In this document: piece by piece, positions 59,401 through 64,000 of the stretch
Layout: each line of letters opens with the position of its first letter
Numbering within the stretch: position 1 is the stretch's first letter
Virus record (IMG/VR): IMGVR_UViG_3300029305_003884
Location: 114,043-178,042 of that record
From: a virus
Lineage: Duplodnaviria; Caudoviricetes
Reading direction: 5' to 3' (one strand)
Length of the DNA: 64,000 bases
The notes under the pieces: model-generated
What the model saw: only the letters and a program-made list of their open reading frames with translations
Told to the model about the DNA's origin: nothing
Databases searched by the model: none
Made by a program: the position numbers and the translations under genes

Positions 59401-60703
59401 AATTCGTGTAGTTCACGGGGTATGTCATTCTGCTGTAGGAATATTGACCATTAACTGGTCCTGTATATTGATATCGATTATATTTCCCATATGCGTAGTA
59501 TGGAGTTACGATAGTGAGGTAGCTGTTTATATCGCTAGCCTTGTCATCATCCTTGTCCGCCCCCATCTTACATTTCAGAGATTCGACATCTATCAGGAAA
59601 GTTTGGTTCGAGTCTGCGTATGCGATTTCTTGTGCTGTGGCGTTACGGAAATCGGTTCCAGAGACCTTCTGAATCTTGTTTCGTGTGGATTTTTTCAGGC
59701 ATTTCTTCAAAGCCCAGAGGCTCTTTATTCCGGCAAGCACATCGTTGAACTGGTCTTCGAAATCTTCGGCAACTTCTTCCTTGGGGAAGTATGCCTCGAA
59801 TGCGTCACGCAAGGAAGGCAAGAACGGGGTCTGGTTGTCGCCAGTGCAATCAATCATGTAGCCATAACCCTGCATCCTGTCGCAAAACTCTTTCGTGCCT
59901 GCATTGGTTACCCCAGTAGCGTTCATACGCCTTGGAAGGTTGACTGCGGTAACGTCGATGGCGGATTGTCCTTTGACTGGCGGAGCTGCGTTCGGGTCAA
60001 CAAGGTCGTAATAGGTAGAAACTTCGACCTCGAACCTGTTTTCCCTAACGTCTCTTGCAACCTTGCTCATGCGTCGTTGCAGAGTGGAGTAAGATAGAAC
60101 GCAGTTTTTCTTCTTGTACTTTTCGTCGGATTTTGCCCACTTGTAGGTTTCGCATCCACTGCCGAACAGACCGAACATTGCCATGGCGTGAGCATATACG
60201 TCGTCATTATCGGCTACTGGCTGCGGGTTCTTTATAAGGGTGTATTTCGGAACGACACTCATCACGACGGGAACTCTCTGGTCGATACTGGCATCGTCGT
60301 CATAATGGGCGTAACCGCTAACGCTAGATATTAAGGTTCCCCCTGGTCTTGGTACTTCGTACTCGGCATCGCCAAGGGATGAGCCTATTCTGAAAGCGTA
60401 TCTGTCATCGCTTTCTGTTCCGTCCTCTGTGATTACAGAACAGCTTTGTATTAGATGGCCTTCATCCTTGTCAATTTTATCGTCTCCATCGAAATACTTG
60501 TCCGTGTTGAAATACCTGCTGGTATCGCCTAGTGCTATACCCGTAACGAGGTAGTCGATGTTTTTGGTAACGTATTCGTTCAGCGTGGTATCGCCGTCAT
60601 CGCTGGATACGGACGAATCTGCCTTTATGGGCACGTCTTTTAACTCTATTTTGGAATCCGTCTTAGCGGACATCTTTTTGAAAAATTTGCTGAAATCGAA
60701 CAT
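56450..60703 (-). CDS. Large virion-type protein (1417 aa) with an internal M15C peptidase-like domain
   Basis: 'ETTRSVDDQ..SWHNYGLAVRI..WCGRL..DLFDWE' parallels the L-Ala-D-Glu peptidase motifs. Confidence 0.65.
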   Translation of the reverse strand: MFDFSKFFKKMSAKTDSKIELKDVPIKADSSVSSDDGDTTLNEYVTKNIDYLVTGIALGDTSRYFNTDKYFDGDDKIDKDEGHLIQSCSVITEDGTESDDRYAFRIGSSLGDAEYEVPRPGGTLISSVSGYAHYDDDASIDQRVPVVMSVVPKYTLIKNPQPVADNDDVYAHAMAMFGLFGSGCETYKWAKSDEKYKKKNCVLSYSTLQRRMSKVARDVRENRFEVEVSTYYDLVDPNAAPPVKGQSAIDVTAVNLPRRMNATGVTNAGTKEFCDRMQGYGYMIDCTGDNQTPFLPSLRDAFEAYFPKEEVAEDFEDQFNDVLAGIKSLWALKKCLKKSTRNKIQKVSGTDFRNATAQEIAYADSNQTFLIDVESLKCKMGADKDDDKASDINSYLTIVTPYYAYGKYNRYQYTGPVNGQYSYSRMTYPVNYTNLGKAYKDSNYTNALISYTEYKLPDFFDLLESIYDTYVAPRYTNLDKYAWLTKLLNHAIAGATIPISNAVNPVIYATPAITEQTYNAITEYINGHQEMTIRVVDWYSSADYDEETNTAKTKRSQLIPLFQADSSLTSSHLHDKISIVDDIDDIVDKFDAAIVAMAFLHPAAAAILKIKLNSLKREVDDFNRVVNRIKYFEYYTADSVFESKERLLPNHMCFHVTDGIPITARYPARFLVATRLYKRVKKKIRFLYFWRTVTKTKYIGTRWTEIRFINVGLYSKYPKDMRIPRRMIPFESSYTYGTDVIVTQEIPSELEPGKKVSLKVEKYPDEISGTITDAHTISLDSPTDIPKSGNTQYFMVGLDDTKSGDETTQVNIEYNLPYFPYDEEIRGYAFGSYGPFDQSRYAIKDRSGSFGSGKDGWQIFHDTSKEISSLRKGINIYPCVAYLLKILKDEFGEDRVELVETTRSVDDQRARCLGGSESAFLSWHNYGLAVRIMIYQDDKQTPIKDGSDDMMKLVDVAKQFTDDCLEGKYGARFNIVWCGRLTVGADLFDWEFLPIGVNHKDAPKFRDSLISQRDPIVDFSYVPASKYAKKPSAALMKDKTTLWIPSTSSVYQNADTFGKVRYVSPKSIRNFKFPNNLPLINLIEYLRMIQLKMDAYGTKMPNKGDMYEWINKNKVAYQQLLVYFGMIGNLQSFRALLAGEYITRYKPIVLSYYSTDPIAFVKNFLGDEYYKIQIRAEDMIDASYITLSDGRLHIPCGDGRPYLPQSVDNLFDQKQVTKEHYERGRWVNGIFVPATVEDEYVSKSSVIGGYNNFVPVGGDAYILHAFIGDQIKQEFDAIVKMFEGYKGELMFDSFYNGPYADKYEQLENEFGIIAKQDLIDFDKLKNMLTVADLNEQSNGTAITTVTGEDGTEYKDIYEKVVSNAEVAGMKLASLSSEHLEVNPPKAETVTVEDVYKIINNGNAPTANDIVNFRRHRD

Positions 60704-60725
60704 ATTGGCTCACGTGTTTTCGTTT

Positions 60726-60735
60726 ATAGTTTATC
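60726..60735 (-). promoter_or_regulatory. Late-type promoter variant GATAAACTAT
   Basis: 9 of 10 bases match, upstream of ATG 60703. Confidence 0.6.
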
Positions 60736-60815
60736 ATGGTGGAATTAAACCGTTTCTATACAAAAATACCTTCCGAAAAATGTATTTTAACATTAGTTTA
60801 ACAGAGGGATACCCC

Positions 60816-61505
60816 ATGAAACATACATTTACCATCCATTCCAACAACCTCAACCTTACCATCGACGAACAGAAGACCTTTTTTGACCAGTTTTTTGGTC
60901 GAGGCCGTAAGAATGCGGGAAACGAGTACAAAATCGCCGATTTTGACATTGTCCGTCATGCCTTCGTTACTAATCTCTGCACGAAGTTGGACAGCGAAGA
61001 TTACAGCAAGATTTACACATTCCTCGAAGGAATCGAGCGTTCGGTGAAGGAAGGCTTCTGCCGTGTTGCTAGCGACCTCATATCGAGTTCCACCAACACC
61101 CTGGACGAGGTTGAAACGGTTAAGTGCGACACGGATATCAAGGGCTCTGAACCGACTGTGCTCAACTGCGATGTGCCGTCCATGTACCAGCTCATCATCC
61201 TGCTTCTTGAAGGAATGAAGGGCTGCTGCCACGACCGCCTGTGGAACGATGAGTCACTCCCGCACAAGAAGGAAGCATGTCCGAACGCCTTAAAGGTTTG
61301 CGAAAAGATTGCCAAGGAGGCTGGATTGATGGGTGAATGCGAGTCCGAGACTTCTGACGAGGCTAATGCCGCACTGAAAGGAAAGACTCCTAGAAAGAAG
61401 AAGGGTAAGGCAAAGGCCAAGAAAGAGAAGCCTGTCCTCACCAAGGAATTCGTCAACAAGAAGGTTATCAAACTGGACGAAAAGAAGACCAAGAAGGCCA
61501 AGTAA
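60816..61505 (+). CDS. Hypothetical protein with Lys-rich C-terminal tail
   Basis: ATG 60816 after GAGGG; an earlier start would overlap the divergent gene. Confidence 0.72.
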   Translation: MKHTFTIHSNNLNLTIDEQKTFFDQFFGRGRKNAGNEYKIADFDIVRHAFVTNLCTKLDSEDYSKIYTFLEGIERSVKEGFCRVASDLISSSTNTLDEVETVKCDTDIKGSEPTVLNCDVPSMYQLIILLLEGMKGCCHDRLWNDESLPHKKEACPNALKVCEKIAKEAGLMGECESETSDEANAALKGKTPRKKKGKAKAKKEKPVLTKEFVNKKVIKLDEKKTKKAK

Positions 61506-61783
61506 TGGACGAGTGGTCAGAATGGAAAGAAGTTTCTGACTGGTCGCTTGTGTCAGATGTTAGCGACGAGTTTACCTACGACTGGGATAGCCATGAGGTT
61601 GAATACCGAATGGCTGACGGCACCGTTAAGAAAGGTATTGTGTGGGCTGGTGAAGACTTGTTCACATATACTGATTCGGACGGTGAAGAAGTAGAAGACT
61701 ACGACAAACGCTGGTACATCGAGGACGACAAGGGAAACCCGTTCGATTCATCTAATGTGACTGCTTGGAGATACAAGAAATGA
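61505..61783 (+). CDS. Hypothetical acidic, Trp-rich protein
   Basis: TAATG coupling; ends with 'VTAWR', seen in small phage proteins. Confidence 0.7.
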   Translation: MDEWSEWKEVSDWSLVSDVSDEFTYDWDSHEVEYRMADGTVKKGIVWAGEDLFTYTDSDGEEVEDYDKRWYIEDDKGNPFDSSNVTAWRYKK

Positions 61784-61793
61784 GGTACCGATT

Positions 61794-62264
61794 ATGACAA
61801 TGCAAGAATATGTAGATACGCTTGCTGAAATGGATGAGCTCCTTCGTCTACCAAGGACCAAGTTCGTAGAATTTGTCAAAGCGACATACGGAAATAACGC
61901 CCTGCTGCTAAAGCCTAGCCTTTATTTCAGGTTGGTCCGTAGGCCGTGGAACTTCATCTGCACTCCGTACAACAAACTTCTGAGGTGGGTTGGACGCAAG
62001 TTGCCTGTATGTGATGCCGAAGGTAAACCGATGAGCGACAATTACATTCATTTCACCGTAATGCTGCAAATGGCTGGTTTCATCCCGTTTCAGGACTATG
62101 GCTGGCATGTAGTTGATGCGATACCGATTTCCCAGATTGAACCGAAGAAGTTCAAACGGTACTTCAAGACTCAGTGCAAGGCGACCGAGAGGATGCCGAA
62201 GGACAAGGCGGTAAAGTTCCTCGAAACTTTATACGAAGAGTACAAGAAGAAGCACCAGGACTAG
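61794..62264 (+). CDS. Hypothetical protein
   Basis: RBS GAGGT; in an operon. Confidence 0.7.
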   Translation: MTMQEYVDTLAEMDELLRLPRTKFVEFVKATYGNNALLLKPSLYFRLVRRPWNFICTPYNKLLRWVGRKLPVCDAEGKPMSDNYIHFTVMLQMAGFIPFQDYGWHVVDAIPISQIEPKKFKRYFKTQCKATERMPKDKAVKFLETLYEEYKKKHQD

Positions 62265-62287
62265 CGGTTCGCCCCATATAACAAGAA

Positions 62288-62317
62288 AGCCTCCCTTTGC
62301 AGGGAGGCTCCTTTGTT
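62288..62317. terminator. Terminator between convergent genes
   Basis: AGCCTCCCT/AGGGAGGCT stem. Confidence 0.75.
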
Positions 62318-62345
62318 GTGGCTATAAGGAGGCAATTCACCACAA

Positions 62346-62828
62346 CTAAAGCTTAATCTGGTCCTGATAGTCCTTCTGAGTAATCGGCTTGTCGGATGTA
62401 GCAGAAGCAGTAGTGCAGATTGCGAAACGGTTCTGTCTCAGGTTCCTGAGAAGTTCGTCCTTGTTCCATACACCACGTTCCTCGGCGGCCTCACGGTCCC
62501 TCTGTGCGGACTTGCCGATGTTGCTGGCATCCTTGGGAATGTCATACTCCATGCGGCGATAGTTGCGGTAGCCCCGACCTGGGGTATTGTTCACCATGTC
62601 GTCTTCAAGGAACTTATCCTGTTCCGCAGCGAGCCTGTCTGCTGTATGCCAGTAGTTCTGGTTATAGGCACGGTCAAGGAACTTCTTTGCCTTGCCGCTG
62701 GAAATGTCGCTCACGTTCTTGGCATATTCCTGGCACATAGTGAACATGTCGTGTCGGTAATCTGGGTGGGTGTCGAAGTTGTCACCAGCACTGCGATAAG
62801 CGTATTCAGAATTTTTTAACGTACCCAT
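62346..62828 (-). CDS. Hypothetical protein (160 aa)
   Basis: AAGGT RBS; late-motif variant upstream. Confidence 0.7.
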   Translation of the reverse strand: MGTLKNSEYAYRSAGDNFDTHPDYRHDMFTMCQEYAKNVSDISSGKAKKFLDRAYNQNYWHTADRLAAEQDKFLEDDMVNNTPGRGYRNYRRMEYDIPKDASNIGKSAQRDREAAEERGVWNKDELLRNLRQNRFAICTTASATSDKPITQKDYQDQIKL

Positions 62829-62889
62829 AATAAACCTTCTATGTGGTGTCGACAGACCTGTATGTCAGGATGTCTCTACCTTTTCTCAT

Positions 62890-62899
62890 TTAGTTTATA
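62890..62899 (-). promoter_or_regulatory. Late-type promoter variant TATAAACTAA
   Basis: 9 of 10 bases match. Confidence 0.6.
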
Positions 62900-62913
62900 T
62901 ATTCGCACACCCC

Positions 62914-62942
62914 TTGCCAAAAACCTATAAATGGATTATATT
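62914..62942 (+). promoter_or_regulatory. Sigma-70-like promoter
   Basis: TTGCCA-17 bp-TATATT, ending 7 bp upstream of ATG 62950. Confidence 0.5.
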
Positions 62943-62949
62943 TGCTTTT

Positions 62950-63504
62950 ATGCGTACTATTGAAGAATACAGCTTTTCTGACCTGTTGAATGACATCAAC
63001 GGCTACCACCTGGAACGGTGGAACAAGACGACCACGGCGTATGGTTTCAAGAGGTACTCATCCATAGACGAATGGAAGGGTATAGCGCTAATGGAAGTCG
63101 TTACCATCAAGTCTGAGAAGAAAGTCAAGGACTGCAATATAGGCATCATAGTGAACGTGCTGGATGGCGGCTCTGTCCAGCTATGTCTTACATTCAAGAG
63201 CGAATATGTTCAAAAGAGGCATTACTACGCTGGTGACAAATCCATGTACCGTATGAGGATGGAGTTTCTTTTCTCCAAACTGAAATGCAAACAGTGGGTC
63301 AGGTTCGCCCTTGTTGAGAATGACCGTTGTTGGCTTGGTATTCCTCCATCTCATGCGAATGAGGTTCCAGACCTGCTGTGGGAGATATACAAGAACATCC
63401 TTATGTATCCTTGCGACGAAGCGTATGCCGATGTAGGGAAGAAGGTGGACCAGTCGGCCACTTCGGTCCCAGACCTCTCGTTTTCCGAGCTGGACGGGGT
63501 ATAA
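62950..63504 (+). CDS. Hypothetical protein
   Basis: ATG 62950; no motif recognised. Confidence 0.65.
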   Translation: MRTIEEYSFSDLLNDINGYHLERWNKTTTAYGFKRYSSIDEWKGIALMEVVTIKSEKKVKDCNIGIIVNVLDGGSVQLCLTFKSEYVQKRHYYAGDKSMYRMRMEFLFSKLKCKQWVRFALVENDRCWLGIPPSHANEVPDLLWEIYKNILMYPCDEAYADVGKKVDQSATSVPDLSFSELDGV

Positions 63505-63509
63505 ACTAT
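63500..63509 (+). promoter_or_regulatory. Late-type promoter overlapping the upstream stop codon
   Basis: TATAAACTAT contains the TAA stop at 63502-63504. Confidence 0.75.
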
Positions 63510-63536
63510 TGATGATTGAATCAGTGGTTTACCTCG

Positions 63537-64000
63537 ATGACGTTGTGCGATAACATTAGAATAGAAACACCGTTTATTATCTATGGCCGAAACTATACAG
63601 GTCAGTTCGTTTCTCACATATGTGTCAATGATGGTATCGAACTTGAACTGGCTGATAAGAACGGATTGTTTGAACTAACTCCGATTAGTTTAAAAAGTTT
63701 GGGCCTTGCGAATGAAGGCGAGGGTGCTGACTCTGAGATTGCGTACTACGAATTGACGTTGTACAGGTGCGCCCTCATCAATGTACAGGCCTGTTGCCCC
63801 GTTATAAATGACTTGGCACTGACTGTCAGGGATGTCGACGGCAATGTTGAATACTGTACGCTCTCGATATACACTGTCATACCTGGCTATGTCCAGAATG
63901 CTGCGACCGAGGCTAATACTTTCGGTAAACAGATTGTACTGAACTTTAATATGCTTCCTGTTCTTGATGCCGAGGGGTGGGCTCCGTGTAACAAGGACTT
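63537..64000 (+). CDS. Hypothetical protein, 3'-truncated (not in the ORF track)
   Basis: Manual translation from ATG 63537 (MTLCDNIRIETPFIIYGRNYTGQF...) stays open to the window end. Confidence 0.7.
   Translation, partial: MTLCDNIRIETPFIIYGRNYTGQFVSHICVNDGIELELADKNGLFELTPISLKSLGLANEGEGADSEIAYYELTLYRCALINVQACCPVINDLALTVRDVDGNVEYCTLSIYTVIPGYVQNAATEANTFGKQIVLNFNMLPVLDAEGWAPCNKD

Noticed and set aside
60558-60815. Upstream extensions given in the ORF track (also at 3344, 7528, 19336, 36448, 55332 and 62914)
   Set aside because: They overlap promoters, hairpins or divergent genes; downstream ATGs fit better.

Overview
This window is a gene-dense 64 kb segment of a large (jumbo-type) tailed dsDNA phage with T4-like myovirus morphogenesis genes, read in the standard genetic code. 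It carries the 3' end of a TOPRIM DNA primase, gp6- and gp7-like baseplate wedge genes, a gp5-like hub, a long tail fibre, a collagen-like fibre and a gp67-like/gp21 protease/scaffold head cassette. It also carries a sigma-70 factor, DnaJ, two Hsp20 proteins, a DCC-type thiol oxidoreductase, a radical SAM protein, a SWIM protein and many large or acidic hypothetical proteins. A 10-bp motif, TATAAACTAT, precedes most transcription units (17 copies, 3 of them single-base variants) and behaves like a T4-type late promoter. The host may be a Fibrobacter or another FCB-group bacterium; this is inferred from a FISUMP-like domain and the sigma type. The most interesting observations are: (1) three unrelated proteins share a gapless 28-aa N-terminal leader ending in a Glu, a candidate capsid-targeting and protease-maturation signal; (2) a chaperone set includes an Hsp20 fused to a PQQGY prion-like domain, a second PQQGY protein and a four-hairpin leader before the second Hsp20; (3) several enzyme folds (amidase, M15 peptidase, His-phosphatase, GNAT, GT-A) have lost catalytic residues; (4) a radical SAM gene is coupled to the Cys-rich tail fibre. 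All protein assignments come from motif recognition by eye; no database searches were run.
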